From Chara braunii (lineage: Eukaryota; Plantae; Charophyceae), in assembly GCA_003427395.1 (NCBI GenBank), contig BFEA01000022.1:2161876-2225875 (forward strand): a stretch of 64,000 nt of DNA, in the 5' to 3' direction. A program made the translations under genes and the position numbers. Of the stretch, positions 50,101 through 64,000 are shown piece by piece. Numbering within the stretch: position 1 is the stretch's first letter; each line of letters begins with the position of its first letter. The notes under the pieces were generated by a model, which searched no databases, was not told the DNA's origin, and saw nothing but the letters and a program-made list of their open reading frames with translations.

Positions 50101-51180
50101 TGTTGGGGCAAAAACCCTGACAAGGGTATTTGCCGGGGTTTTTTTTCAACGTCAGATGTTGTCTGACCTTTTTTTTGAATTGAATTGAAGACTTGATGAG
50201 ACCGGCGTTTGCCAAAAAGTTTATTCAGACCTTACCTGTGACTGAGAGACTAAAATTTTTTTAGACTTTAGTCTGGACGCGTGTGGCGTCCGAGGGTAAC
50301 GGATGTGAACGACAATGCTTCATTTTTGTTGAAGTCACAAGAACGTGCGGACAAGGGAATGCAAAAATTAAAACTATGCTACCTATAATAATGTCGCGCG
50401 ACTGTTAAGCCGCGCAATTCTGGATCTAGGTAGGCAAAAAAAAGCAGGTGCGCCAGGTATGGGGCCGCGACGCGGTGAAAGTAGGGGATTTTTTTTGTTA
50501 TTGAACCACGGGGTTACTCCATACGGAGGGCCTGATGTCGGTTTATGGCCAGTCGTGGGCCGCTGAGCCAAGCCCCAAAGAAGAGTCGCCTGCCGAGTCG
50601 ACAGGCAAATGTCGAGGCGTACCCGGTTAGATGGTCGACCAAGCCACGGTCACGCGGCTAACCGGTATAGCTAGGCTAAAGGCAGGCTTGAAGGAGGAGG
50701 CTGAGCTCTTCATATAGAAGAACACTTCCTATCACTATTGTGATAGAAGCTAGCCCAGTAGGATATGACGCCAAACTTTGCCCAGCAGGTATAGGGATCA
50801 AACTCGGCTATGTGCAATTTACCGGGCTAGCTCCTTTTGGAGTTGACCATTGTTATACCACTCGTGCACCAGCCGTCGATCTGGAGGATCGCGCGATCCA
50901 TATCGGCCGTGTTGAGATTGGCATGGCCCTGGGAAAGGATGACACACATAAATTGATAAATGGTATAAAAAAAAAAAATTGATCCCATTCGGATCGAACT
51001 CAGGTCTGTATTACAATAGTTCATGGGGGGTTCCATGAGCTGAAAGTGGTCGTTGGATAAGCCAACGAAAATTTAAGCCAAAAGTAAAAAAAAAATAAAA
51101 AATAAAAAAAAATTCACTAAAATTAAGTACCGTGAAGTGACTGGGGCTTTTCATCTGCAGTACACCAAACAGTCGCCCGT
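50101..51180 (+). repeat. 5' portion of the 3' LTR of element B
   Basis: TGTTGGGGCAAAAACCC...GACTTGATGAG...TTATTCAGACC aligns with C's start (reverse complement from 44419). 50704-50850 matches the reverse complement of 43810-43953. Confidence 0.85.
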
Positions 51181-51181
51181 T

Positions 51182-52830
51182 TGACCAGTATCTTGTACGG
51201 GGCAATAAGCAAGGAAATAGGGCGCCAGTTGTGGATGTCAGTTTTATCTCCCTTTTTGTACAAAAATGTAATTACGCCTTGTTGCATGCCCTTTGTGAGT
51301 GTGCCCCCCGTCAAAATATTGTTATAAATATCCGTGAGTGCGGGGCCCAATTGATGCCATAGTAGCAAGTACACTTACACTGGTAACCCATCTAGACCAA
51401 GGCATTTTCCTACTGCCATTTGTTTTGCTCCGTGATGTAGCTCTTCAGATGTGAGGGGTCTGTCTAGGTTTGGACGACCCTCTATTGGTAGTCTAGCGCT
51501 TGACTTTTCCCAGAAGTGGGATGTGTCTCTGAGGTTGGTCAGGAAGGATCCTTGTGGTCGTCTGGTTATGAGGATGTCTTGAAAGTAGGCAAGGGCATGT
51601 TCGCACATGCCAAGGGTATATGATCTCGATTCAATTTCGTGGATGAATGGATGTGAAAGTTCTCTGATTAGAGGCTTGTTTTTTTTAGTAATAGTCTTTT
51701 GAAGGTGTCTCGGTTAAGTCTGTCATTTGCGGTAATACCTTTCTATTGGAGTCATTCTTTTCATTGTTCTTGTTGTTGGATTTGCAATGTGTCAAGTGTG
51801 GACAATGTTTTTTTTCTCTGGTGTGTCCAATAAGCATCAGAGATAGGGTTCCTTCCAAAGTTTTTTTCTGCTTCTTTTACCCTATCAAACCACTTCTGTA
51901 CCAATTGATGTTTTGTGGTGGCCTTTATTCTTGAGAAAACGTCTAGTGAGCTTTTCAGCATGTTGATGCCCTTCTCCACCCAGTCTCTTAGGGAGAAGAA
52001 GTATTGTTTGGCTTTTTGTCATTTCTCCAAGTGTTTTTGAGCCCATGCTACTATGTTCTTGTCTTTAAGATGATCCGTGTTGAGCCTGAAGGGGGGCATT
52101 GCCACGTGAAGTGGGTTGTCAAGATCGAAGGAGGCTGATAGGGGATTGTGATATGGGACTTAGGATACCCTTACTTCGATCCATAGGCATCTGTCCCATG
52201 GGAGACCTCTTAACAAGAAGAAGTCCAAGCGGCGGCGAACTAGCGGAGTTTGGGATTTGTGCCACGTGAAGCTTTGTGCATGTGGGTGGAAAACTTTGAA
52301 TGCATCTATGAGATTGTGGGTTTCCATCAAGGATTGAAGGAAGCGACTGTCTGCGCTTATCGGCTCAAAGTTTGGGAAGTCTGAACCGGGATTGGGTGTT
52401 GTGTTCCAATCTGCAGCTATGACCAGGTTAGTGGAGTCTGACACGAATGAAGGCAATGCCGCTAGGAATTTTAGTCTTTCGTTATAAATGATTGGGACAT
52501 AAATGGACATAACTATCCATTCCTCGTTATTTAGTTCAAACTTGACCCATTCCCACCGACCCCAAATGTCACACATCAATCAATGACGGTGATGTCCAGA
52601 TCTTGTGAAATAGGATTCATGTTTCACCTCTTGTTCCCTGCGCAGGGGACCATTGTTGAGGTCCTCTCCACCACTTTCTAGCCTCTACTGTTCGTTCCTC
52701 GTTTAGTTTGGTTTCTTGTGAACACATGATGTGAATTTTGTTGTCATACATTCATGACTTGAGACGTTCTCACTTTCTTCTTTTACTTGTGTCGCATAGA
52801 CCACAAACATTCCAACAATCGATGTTCAAT
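51182..52830 (-). pseudogene. LINE ORF2: APE endonuclease plus RT N-terminal region
   Basis: WNVCG, QETKL, IYVP, IAADWN, FTW, RRLDFFL; GKCLGLDGLP; KKGDKTDIHNWRPISLL..YKILVK; then truncated. Confidence 0.88.
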
Positions 52831-52938
52831 TTGTTTTTAAGAGGCATTTATTGCCTCTACCCCACCGGTTGCGTGCTGGATCCGGTTCATTCTCTGCTTG
52901 TGAGACTTCTGTGAGTGTTTCTGTTTCTCTGTGATCTA

Positions 52939-54942
52939 CTAATTTTCCCACAAAGTTTTCAGGTGTGTGTGGAATGCTGAGGCAAATATGGTTTTCCGTT
53001 GCACTGTTGTTGCCAGCGACTTGACAACTGTTGATGCCGACACTTTTTCCTGTATATGAATCATCTTCAGGCTTTGCAAGTTCGGATTGGCTAGAAATGA
53101 GAGTGGGCTCCACGAGAACCATGCTCGATCTACTGTTGCGACCTTGACAGAGTCAATCTCGCATTCCAAGAATGTTATGTAAAGGCGTATGTTATGTCCA
53201 ACAGTCGTTTCCACCGGCTGGACCCCCACACGTAGTAAGGGGATCATCCGGGTGCTCAGACTGTTTTGAACTATCTGATTTACCTTATTTAGGATTAGAG
53301 ACTCAATAGGGGCTGCGTTTTGGTCCATCACCAAGGAAGGAATGGTGGTATTCCCATTTGAATATTTTCTGGTCAAGAAGACCACGTGTTCCTGACCTGC
53401 TGCGCATATGAGAGGTATCAGGATCTTGAGGAATGAGGCATCAGCCTTTGCGAGCGTCTGAATGGGACGTGCTGCAGCTAAATCTTTGGATTTGACATGC
53501 ACTTTCGCCTTCTCTTTGTTCCCACTCTCTGTGGAACTCCCACTGGATTGCGAACCTTTCTCTTTATTCGTTCTAGTTGTTGCTTGTTTCTGAGAACGGT
53601 TGTCTGATATCCAGGTGCGGGAGCGTTTGAGGGGGGACGGGTGCCTGCTGTGAGAGATTCCATGGTAGGAGGATCTTTCATTTCCACTGTTGCTTCCACG
53701 TCTGTGGAATCCTTGTTGAGTTTGTTCTTAGGGCTCGTGTCTTTTGCCCTTGTTGTGTCGTTCTCATTTGTTGAACACATTGAGGAGTCTGGTGAGGAGC
53801 ATTTTGATCCGCGAGACCGGTTCATTTTGTTATCCTCTGTTGCTAATTTGTTTGATCCGGATTTTTTTTCCTTGTTTGAACTTGTTGATTTGTGAGCTTT
53901 GTTGTCCGCTGGTTCTGGTCCAGGTTTTCCTTGTTTGCCTTTGCCTGATGTTTCTATTTTGCATGATTTTTCCTTGCCTTTCTTCTCGGACCCTGAAGGT
54001 CTTCTGATTTCTTGGGACTTTACCTTCGTTTTCGGTTGGAAACAGTTTCAACCACTGGCCAGAGGGGTCTCACCACTTGGTACAAAACCTTAGAAGGGGG
54101 GGAGGGGGAGAGGAGGTTTGGAGTTCGGATCAGCAAAAGGATCATATTCCTTCATAGGGCAGCAGCGGTCGCTCTCCTCGTGGTAGTGCCTCCTGCACAG
54201 ATTACACCAGGGTGTTGCAACAGAGATGACTTCCACATGATAGTCACCTTTCCTTGGGATGCCAACAATTAGACGACGTTTGGTTTTCCGAGGGTTCTAA
54301 TTCTAAGCGGATTGTGCCCCGTTCAGGCTCATCGTTGTATTCCTCAAAGGGATGGACTTTGACTACCTGGCCAAAGTTCGGACAGCGGATCCAAAAGATG
54401 TTGTCTTTTTCCGACTCCTTATAGGCTCTCATTTTTGTGAGGTCTTTCCAGGGCAGGAAAGAAACTCTATATGTGAGATCCCCCAGATCAATTTCGTCGT
54501 TTCGTTGTTGCAGCATCCATTGTGCAATGTCTCGAGTGCTGGCCACGTAAGTGTCCAGGTTCTTGCCTTGGTTTTGGTACCTCCCCCGTTTCATGTTTGC
54601 ATCAATGTCTCCGGAGTCATACCATGAGTTTTCATACACGCGGATGAGTTGCTTTTTCAGATCGTTCGGTACGTTGCTTGCCCCCCCGTGGAAGGTGATA
54701 TTCACAACATGGTTTCTCAACCATTCTGTTTGTTGGGCAAAAAAATCTTTGTCCAGATCTGGTCTAGCAAAGTCTTCTTCAATTTCAGATCTTCCAATGT
54801 AGAGTCTTGATGGTAGGATGCCATCGTGGAAGCAGGCATCCAGTAACTCACTAATGTATTGTTTTTCCTCCTTGGTGTAGGCCCGTTTCGGTGGACCTTG
54901 AACCGGTTCCTGCCCCCTCAGATTGTGGAGGTCAGGTTCCAT
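52939..54942 (-). pseudogene. LINE ORF1 with zinc knuckle
   Basis: ORF 54244-54942, followed after a frameshift by TPWCNLCRRHYHEESDRCCP (~54155-54215). Low-complexity linker, then C-terminal piece 52939-53502. Confidence 0.7.
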
Positions 54943-55989
54943 GTTCTAGGTATGAAGTTTACGGCCGAGGCGGTCTCTATGCAAGGTGTGTTAGCAAGGT
55001 AAGGGGTTAGTCTAGATTAAGTCTTATGTGGTGGTATTATTAGTCTGTGGTGTGAGAGGATACGTTACTATTGAAGGTGGAGAGTATCCAGGTTCGTGCG
55101 TTTTACTCTGGTTGGCAGCGAAATGGTTGAACGTGACGTCCCAAGTGTTGAGTATTCAGATTATAGGAATGGGGGGAGGGGGTATTTAGTGGTGGTGAGT
55201 AGGGTGATTGTTGTTTGTTGTGAAGGGGTATGATGTGATGTGGTTCTGTCGGGATGTTTGGTGATGTGGTCCCGTTAGGGTGCTTAAGAGGGTAGAGGTT
55301 TAGAAGGCGGATTATTGCTTATTGTGTTTGGGGGTGGGGTGAGGAGGTGGGTGAAAGGTGTTATAGGGGTTGTGTTCGGACAACACGTAGATGGGATTGA
55401 TATATGATGTGGTGATATAACGTGCGGGGGGGGAGGGGGGGGGGGGAGGATCGAAGGGTCATGGGGTGTAGTAGAGGGATTTCGAAGGGATTGGCGAGGA
55501 GGTGTATGGGGGGAACGTGGAACAGGCACAATTGGGATTGGGATCGGTGCCCAAAAAGTGAGGTGGGATTATCATATCGAAGGCCTGAGGAGTGGTATTG
55601 GTAGTGAAGGGATACAGTATGCAAGGCGATTGGAAGAAGTGTGTTGGGTGTGGGATGGGGCGTTGTGGGAGTGGTGAAGGGGTTTTGGGGTATGGGGGGG
55701 AGAGATCAGAGATCGGAGAGAAGGAAGAAGAACAGAGGAAGTAAGGAGGGTGGGGACGAGAGAGTTTTCAAGTCTACCGCAAATTTTTGCATTTTACTAA
55801 GATTAGGTATCGAGGGTCAGGTTGTTGTAGCGGCCAACGACAGATGGTAGTGCGATGGCATACATGATGGCAATGGTCAGTAGTGAGAAGGATAAATTTG
55901 TTGGTCGGTGTTATCAGTAAGATCGTGGCGGAATGAAGTACCTAGCCACAATATCAGTGATTGTTAAGGCTGATAATATAAACCAAGTG

Positions 55990-56165
55990 ACAATATAGAT
56001 AACACTTCGTATTGTTGATATTAATATATGTAGTAATGGTAATAATAATATCCATAATAATGTTGGTAGTAAGAGTAAAAATAATAAATATAATGATAAT
56101 AATAGCAATAATAAAAAAAATTGTAATAGTAATTTAATAAAATATTGATAATAATAATAGTAAGT
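55990..56165. repeat. AAT-rich low-complexity tract
   Basis: Seen directly. Confidence 0.85.
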
Positions 56166-56883
56166 AATTAGGCCTCCATAATTGAGATAAAGCGTGTCGT
56201 TCTTGATGAGCAATCCGATCGATGTGTTGGGGTGGGGTTACCAAGGAGTGATGTTACCTCTGCAGGTTGATCCAAGAATGTCTTCGAAATATGCCTGAGT
56301 CGAGTGTCATCCACTGTGAAAGTGTCTTCGCAATGTACTCTTAGTGAGAGTTATCCATCGTTGCGATATCCCGACGTTGCAATCGGAACAGTATCTTCGT
56401 TGTTAGTTCGAGCATTATCTTCGTAGTGTGTTCCAAGCAGTAGTTTCGCCGAGAGTTCTGCGTCTGAGTGAAGTTCTTCAGTTAGTCTTGTCCAACGTGG
56501 TAATCCCTGTTTTACCGTGTGGTAAGGGCTCGGGGATTACTAGTAGAGGACAAGATGTTACTGCGGGTCGATGCCACAAGAACTGAGACTGAAAGCACGG
56601 TATCGGGCTGCCCTTGGAGGATCTCGCCCGATCTCGGTGAGATCGTTGCACTTTTGAGGTGGAGGCAGCGAGTTACACTTACCGACATAGCCTGGCTATG
56701 GCGGGCGGGCAGCAAGGCAGGAAACAACCTAAAAGTTTTCAGGAGTTACCGTACCTGGCCGCGACAGCTACTCCGAGCGGCGCGTTAGCGCTACGAGTAG
56801 CGCCCGAAACCGTCAAACGTGAAATCTCCACAAACAAATCTGACTCGGAGACCAGACTTCAAAATAGTCCCACAGTGAGAGTA

Positions 56884-57940
56884 AGGAATAGAAGGTTTGA
56901 GAGGCTTCATACAGAGACGGGAAAGTCCAGAACGGGCCGGTTCTTTTTAACCTAGTACTCAAACAAAGAGGCAGGAAGGTTCTAGTATCCGCATTGGACC
57001 AGGATTCAGACATAGCCGAGAAAGTCCAAAAGGGGTGGGTTCTTTTTCAACCCAGTACCCAATCAAAGTTCCCAGTATCCCTATATCATCAGACCATAAA
57101 TTTGTCAAAGGCAGGAAGCAACTAGTACCCCTATAATATATTTCTACCAAGAGTTATTCTAGTACCCCCATTCGAATTTTGCCGGTGGGCCATGCGGATG
57201 TCCGTTTCACGTCCACCCCCGCTGTTTCACGTCCAACCCCGCTGAGGAATAGAAGGTTCGAGAGGCTTCAGACAGAGACGGGAAAGTCCAGAACGGGCCG
57301 GNTCTTTTTAACCNAGTACNCAAACAAAGAGGCAGGAAGGTTCTAGTATCCGCATTGGACCAGGATTCAGACANAGNCGAGAAAGTCCANAAGGGGNGGG
57401 TTCTTTTTCAACCCAGTACCCAATCAAAGTTCCCANTATCCCTNTATCATCAGACCANAAATTTGTCAAAGGCAGGAAGCAACTAGTACCCCTATAATAT
57501 ATTTTTACCAAGAGTTATTCTAGTACCCCCATTCGAATTCTGCCGGTGGGCCATGCGGATGTCCGTTTCACGTCCACCCCCGCTGTTTCATGTCCAACCC
57601 CGCTGAGGAATAGAAGGTTCGAGAGGCTTCAGACAGAGACGGGAAAGTCCAGAACGGGCCGGTTCTTTTTAACCCAGTACCCAAACAAAGAGGCAGGAAG
57701 GTTCTAGTATCCGCATTGGACCAGGATTCAGACAGAGACGAGAAAGTCCAGAAGGGGCGGGTTCTTTTTCAACCCAGTACCCAATCAAAGTTCCCAGTAT
57801 CCCTATATCATCAGACCAGTAATTTGTCGAAGGCAGGTATATATTTCTACCAAGAGTTATTCTAGTACCCCCCTTCAAATTCTGCCCGTGGGCCATGCGG
57901 ATGTCCGTTTCACGTCCACCCCCGCTGTTTCACGTCCACC
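56884..57940. repeat. 361-bp tandem repeat x3
   Basis: AGGAATAGAAGG at 56884, 57245 and 57606. The third copy has a ~21-bp deletion; the middle copy contains Ns, so the array may be collapsed. Confidence 0.92.
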
Positions 57941-60900
57941 CGGCTGCCTCCTTCGGAGAAGAGGCACTCTTGGGGACCTACCACGTAACTTCGGCCATTT
58001 TTATTATTATTATTTTTTTAGGAATTATGGGGTGCCCCGGAGGATTACGCATCATTACAGCGAGTGGAAACGGAAGCTGAAGTTCTTCCAGGCCACGCCC
58101 GACGGCCTGTGGGGTCTGAAAAAGCCCTCCGCGCCAAAACCTACGCTTTTCCGCATGCCTGTGGGGTCCGGGCCTAACCAACTGAGCGAGGCTGCTCGCT
58201 TCCTATTTCAATGTTGTTTCCCTCTGTAAGTGGGGGATGAGGTTTATGCTGGGCAGGCGCGTGGAGCCTTCGTATACAAATTACGAAATTTCGCAGCACA
58301 TCGGTTCCTGTGCACCTTCACTGCGCTTCAGTGGTTGCCCTTGGACTGCCAATTTGCACGCGAACAGCGCGAGTGCGCCTTACGTTGTGGTTTCTTTCGC
58401 CATAGCCGTCCAGCGGGCACGAATGGAGGGTTTTTCGTCAACAACGGGCTTACGAGACAATGCGAATCGGAGATGGGGCGCCGTGAGAGTAAGTTGATCT
58501 CTCGCTTTCAAGGTCTCCTGCCCAAGCCCGCTGTTTTTTCTTCTCCTTCTCACCCTTTCAGAGACTCTCGCCTATGCTCGCGAGCACACGTTCTCAGACG
58601 ACCATACACATTCGCTGAGGTATTTGTGTGGACGCATTACTGACAAGGCTTTGCACGGCCAAAATTCAAAATCGGCCAGCCGCTAGACAGGATAGTCTAT
58701 TTAAAGAAGTACTTCCCATGGTTTCTCCTTACGAATGGAAACTCGCACAGCGCTAAGACATCCTTGTGATGCGTTCTGCGTTCTGCGTACGATTTTATGT
58801 TATTTCCTCTGTATGCGCCCTATTCACAGTTCATGGCCCCTTTTTACCTTCTCTACCACTCGCCCTTCCCGGTGCTCTCCCACCACGAGCATAGGGTGTA
58901 CCACACCCCCATTCCTGTTCCCATCTGAGCTCACCCGCTATCCTCCTTTCGACCCTGATACTGGGGCCTTTTGCTTCCCTCGTTCCAACGTTTTTCGTTC
59001 GAGGGATTCGAATTTTGATCGGGGAAACTACATGGATCATGGAAGGGTTACGGGGTCGATTTTGATCGGGCACACTACATCGCCTCTGATGACCCGCAAG
59101 GTGAAGTATTGGGCCTATCATAGGGATGGAGGGAAGGGCGAGGGTCAAGGTGGGATGTTGGTGGATCAGGGCAAGTCGGGAGGGGGGGGGGGGGGGAGAG
59201 AGGGGGGAAAGAAGAGACTGGAGAAGTAGGCAGGGAAAGATTTGGGACTTTGTTAGTCAATGACACGGAAGAAGGCCATGGGATAGATAGACTGGATGCG
59301 GGAATTCCCAGTTGAAAATTACCACAAAGTGAGAGACCTTAGGAGTTTGGCGGATTAGTGTGACTCCTTTCTGCTGTCCGATCCAAAGGCAGATCCTTAT
59401 ACGGATGTACGATCAGTGTGATTGTTGCCCTCCCGTCTTCGTTCCTCTACTTTCGCTGATATTTTCTTGCTCCTCTGGCGCTCCATGACCGTAGTGAAGC
59501 GGATCGATGATGACAGAGATGGGCGAGTTACGCAGAGGGTTCCCTCGGCACAGTGCGCTTACACACCGGGTCCGCGCTCCGAGAAGCGTGAAGGATGTAT
59601 ACCGTCCAAATTGTATCTGTCCAGAGTTTTCCTTTTATTATGAGTAATCCTTTCCGTCTTTGAAAATTGATTAAAAAAGTTTTTTTGTCAGTTTCTCTTT
59701 TGTGCGCTACAAGCGCATCGCTTTACTATGTTGTCATTCGGTGCGCTTTGTGGGAATAAGTATTTCACGAGTTTGGGCTTCTCGGCGATTTCGGCGAATC
59801 CCTTTGTGCGGTTCCCCTCTTCTTATGCTCCGTGCTTCGCCGATTTTCTTCCTTCTGCTTTTTTCCCTTCTCTGTTCTCTTTTCCTTTTCCCTCCCCCCC
59901 TTCGGCTCCCCTTGCTTGTTTCCGATCTTACTCGGGTAGTTACGATGCGAAGGAAACCCTTCGAGAACCTGAAGTTGGTTTGACAACGCGAAAATTTGCG
60001 CTCTCGCACTTGGCTCAGTGTATGGGCAGGGCTTGAGGGAGAGGACTTAGGGACGGAGACTCTGGCAAGCGAACTATACCTCTACATCGCCTTATCCGCT
60101 CCCGCCTTCCCCTGGATGGTCCTGTGAGTAGTGGTCGTAGGTGCTCCTCTGAAGTAAATTTGAAAAGTCGCGTCCGTCGCCGGTTTGCACGGATGTGTTT
60201 GCGTGGACCATTACCTGATGATGTACAGCGTCAGGGCCGACCTCTTCCCCTCTTACAAGAGATCTGCGATTCGCCGGTGAGAATGGCGGAAAACACGTTT
60301 TTCGGGTTGGCACGGTGTGGAAGGCACTGGCGGCTCGAGCGGGCGGTAATGCGTCGTCGTCGGACTGGCGCCAAGGGAATGCTAACGTTTCTCACATGGC
60401 GTTTGACGTCGAATGGACGTCGTTTTGCGAAAAGTGCGGCGTGCGCCACCACTCACTTTGGGGTCCTGTGGCGCACTAGTGTTCTGCATTGGCGACGGAG
60501 AGGTTATGTATGAAGAACGGAGAATGTCTACGATGCCGTCACTTGTGCATGACAGCCTGTACAGCACGCGGCTGTAGGCTAGCGATTTGAACGAATGATT
60601 GCCCGTGCCGGCAAATTTACCACTTGGGCGGTGTCCCCGCAACACAGCTGGAAATGAAAAAGAAGAATGGAAAGCAATGGCCGACACTTGCTTCTGAACA
60701 CGACTAGCGAAGATGAAGACAGTTACATCACTTGTGTGCCCTGAACCCAGCTCGCCCACTTTCCTCCACGCACTTTTCGACCGGTTGTAGATCTCAATCC
60801 AAGAATCGGATGCTTACCACACGCCCGTTTACCATTCAGACTTTCCACCACTGAGTCTGTAGATCTCAATCCAAGAATCAGACAAGAATGAATACCACAT

Positions 60901-61304
60901 ATAAGAGTTAAAGCTAGACTTCCTCCTACTATAGTCAAACAATTTACTGGTGCATATTGAAAATGGTATAGCAAACTTAAAATAGGAAAACTCAACAGAA
61001 TAGCCATGATTTTTACTTCTTATGAAAAAGGAAGAGAGAAACGACAGATGGAGCGAAAATATGTGTCCTGAACTCGTCTTCCCAGCGGACGTGTGTTTGC
61101 TTCCACTTTGCGACCGCAATTCATGAAGGGGTAATGGATCGGAACGGGGACATCGGATGGCGGAGGCCGATGTTTGGTGCCATCCATCCTGGACCATCCA
61201 TGGTATGGTTGTCCTTTGTTCTTCGCGAAACTTACGTACATAAGCATCTCGCTCAGATTTGGAGATGCAGAAAAAAGTCCGACCAGAATCCGCCTGATTG
61301 TGCG

Positions 61305-61424
61305 GATGCCCATGTACATGATGATACGCACCTGCACGTGAGGATGCCCAGGTACATGATGGTATGCACCTGCACGTTATGATGCCCAGGTACATGATAT
61401 GCGCCCGCACGTGAGGATGCCCAG
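61305..61424. repeat. ~38-bp tandem repeat x3
   Basis: GATGCCCAGGTACATGATG.TA.GCACCTGCACGT units. Confidence 0.85.
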
Positions 61425-63925
61425 CTGCATTCTTACCGGATAAGTTCTGTCCTCTCAAACGTGACTGGATTATTTCTGTCCTTAACCTTTTTCCATTTTC
61501 ATGCTGTCCTGTGTTTTGTTCCGCTGGTCACGTTAGTTAGGGGTTTATCCTTGTTTTTGTTTTGGCTTTGTTAAGGGCTGCATCTATCGCTCAAATGGAC
61601 ATGTTTATCACTACCCTCTGCCCCCACTGGCGCTTGCCTAATTAAGGAGACTGCTTTATCTGCTACCGTGCCGTTCCGGAGGCTCCTCTATCGCTGTAGC
61701 ATGAAACCCTAAACCCTACACCACCTTTTCCATAGCGTTTGATACGCATCCAATTATGTGTAACTGTGACATGATGAAGTCCATTACTCAAACCTATGGA
61801 TGCTGCCCTGCAGCAGAAATAGTACAGTATCGCATTCTCCTCCCTTCCTATCTTTACTTGCTGGCCAGGTTTATGCACCTACTTCTCGGCGATCTTCCAA
61901 TCTGTCCATCTACAATCGGTATTTCAGCTTCTCCCAGTCTGGAATGATCTTTTTTTCACTTGAAGCTCTAAAACTCCTACTGCTCATTCCAACTAGCCCT
62001 TTTGAGATAATTTTCATTCCGAAAACGGTGTTCCTCTTCCTCTGCCTCACCCCCCCCCAACCCCACCCCACCCCACGCCACCCCACCCCAAAGAAACTGA
62101 GAAAAACGAAAACTGAGCCTTTGGAGACCGACCATTCACTTTTGGGAGAGTGAGAATTAGAAGGAATACACTTTGAGAGCGAGAGGGGGTGAAGTTAAAA
62201 TCAGATGTAGTTGGTGCATGAAGAGAGCTGTTTCTGTTTCTTCATCCATACGCTATCCTGAATCTTTGGCAATACTGTCCGACCAGGAAGGGTGACTGGG
62301 CTACTACACTAGACCCGAATAAACCATGCTCTATTTCCCTCTCCTCAGATAGTGTGAAAAGACACCCACAGAACTGGAATGGCATCAGCCGTTGGTTAAC
62401 GCCGAGACCAACTTCTGCTGACATGCAATATCTGTTATTGGATCTTGTGTGCCCGTGCATGCCGGCATGTTTGTGCGTGTTTTGTCATGTTCGCTATACA
62501 TAACTCCACAGAAAAAAGCATAAATATCTGGCGAAAACTAAGAGCTACTAGAATTTCTCCTGTTCTCTGTATCAATCAATATGAAGTAAAATTTGTTCTG
62601 AACTTAGCACACTGATTCAGAATAGTAAAATGCCAAACAGATCGAATTCACCCATTCTGATTTTTCTTGCTTCTTTGTCCCGACTTCATGGACTATAACG
62701 CCAGAAATCTAAGATGGATTTCTTACAAGTTGGTTATGGACTTTAGATGGTTGCACTTCGCATGGCACACACAAGCACGTGCATAATATGAATGATCAAG
62801 AGTCGTTTGACTGCACGATTTAAGAGGGGGAAGTCAACGAGTGTAAGGGTGAAGGGGGGCAACGAAAGAGGGACGGAAGGGGAGGGGCTTCAAGTGTGGG
62901 CGGGAAGGAGCACAGAGAGCGGATGCGTGTTTGTGTGTTTGGGGGGGCGGGTTGGTGTGTGTGTGTGCGCGCGCGCGTGCGTGTTTGCTAGCTCTGAAGC
63001 TCACTGATGCGTGACGTAGCTCATCGATACATCTTGTTTAGTCCAGAGATTTGAGACGGTATTGATTCCGGAACGGCGGGCGTAGTGGCACTGGCCATGC
63101 GTGTGCCTCTTTAGTCTTCTTGGAGCAGGGAGTAAGCCTTTACATAATGCCTTATACTTTTTCAGTGAGGATGAACGCACAAGTAACCACCTGACATTAG
63201 TTTTCTTCTTAGCTGTGCTCTGTCTAGTTTTTGAGTTTTGGATCACCGAGGTTGACCTTCCTAGTAAACCCTGTGTGCCGTAGCAGTAGCCAATGCATGA
63301 ATGCGACCTTTGTGCTAGGGCTTGAGCGGAAATGTGAGATTTGTCCTGCGTGGAAGGCAGATGTACTTCCCCTGCATTTCTTTGGGAAACCTCTTGCTGA
63401 ATGCGTTGGCACACCGTTCTTCCATTTCTTGTCCTGCTGGGCCCAAAAGGTGACCCACTCTGCTGCCTAGGGCAATGTTGAATTGCTGTGCTTGCAGCGT
63501 ATGTCTCTTTTGAGGTGGAGAAACGACTTGAGGAACCTATACTATACACCTACTTCCATTTGGAGATAGTGCCTAGATCGGTTCAGCCTGCTCATGGGCT
63601 GGAATTGTTCCTTGGCCCCATGATCTAGCAGTGACCTGGTAACTCTGTCCGGGCCCCATAGAGCACCCCTGGTTTCGGAACAGTTTGGGAGGTAGTACCT
63701 ACGAGGCTATGACCCGTCCTCTGTGTAAGTCAACGCCAGGCACCAATTTGATGCGAACTCTCTCCTTGATTGTGGTGATCTTGCGAAGTATTACCATCTA
63801 TGTTTGCAAAGTGAAGGTTCATTGCAGTGGCCACAAGAACATCCAGCCAAATGCTGCTTATGGTAAAAAAAAAGGACTTCAGAAAGGAACAGCGGATGGG
63901 GAGAGGAGAAAGAGAGGATGGAAGT

Positions 63926-63927
<2 letters not shown>

Positions 63928-64000
<73 letters not shown>
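63928..64000. repeat. (GT)n microsatellite running off the window end
   Basis: Seen directly. Confidence 0.95.

Larger units (their letters stand above)
33153..51180 (+). mobile_element. Element B: decayed Ty3/Gypsy LTR retrotransposon (gag-PR-RT-RH-IN), both LTRs partial
   Basis: Domain order, PBS, and LTR fragments homologous to the two ends of solo LTR C. Confidence 0.9.
51182..54942 (-). mobile_element. Decayed L1-clade LINE, lacking the RT core and 3' end
   Basis: ORF1 followed by an APE endonuclease and the RT N-terminus. Confidence 0.85.

Noticed and set aside
59085-59108. CTGATGA-CCCGCAAGGT-GAAG as a hammerhead
   Set aside because: It lacks GAAA, the G10.1-C11.1 pair and supporting helices.
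61704-61718. AAACCCTAAACCCTA telomere or telo-box motif
   Set aside because: Only two units, with no associated gene identified.
58000-63900. Assorted ORFs (58735, 60124, 60829, 63001) as host genes
   Set aside because: No recognisable domains or consistent exon structure. A homology search would be needed.

Overview
Eukaryotic, gene-free, nested retrotransposon landscape. ORF style suggests a streptophyte alga such as Chara (inference, not verified). From left to right: (1) microsatellites and a hairpin-dense block at 2.5-3.4 kb. (2) A minus-strand coiled-coil ORF region (3.9-5.77 kb), interrupted at a CCGG site by element A. (3) Element A (5768-33155, +), a non-autonomous Ty3/Gypsy derivative. 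Its LTRs are at least 7.2 kb and filled with three related ~92-bp satellite arrays; its interior carries three paralogous ORFs of unknown function, the last fused in frame to an integrase remnant. (4) Element B (33153-~51180, +), a decayed gag-PR-RT-RH-IN Gypsy with a tRNA-Asp-type PBS. Its 5' LTR carries a 1.45-kb cassette of two ORFs, each starting immediately after a 3' splice site. (5) Element C (39132-44419, -), a 5.3-kb solo LTR of the B family inserted into B's RT with a CCGG target duplication; it contains a type III hammerhead ribozyme motif on the strand antisense to the LTR. (6) A decayed, 3'-truncated L1-like LINE (-, 51.2-54.9 kb) with 361-bp tandem monomers upstream. (7) Unassigned sequence to the window end. 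No intact host gene, tRNA, rRNA or CRISPR array was recognised. Alignments and copy numbers were made by eye.
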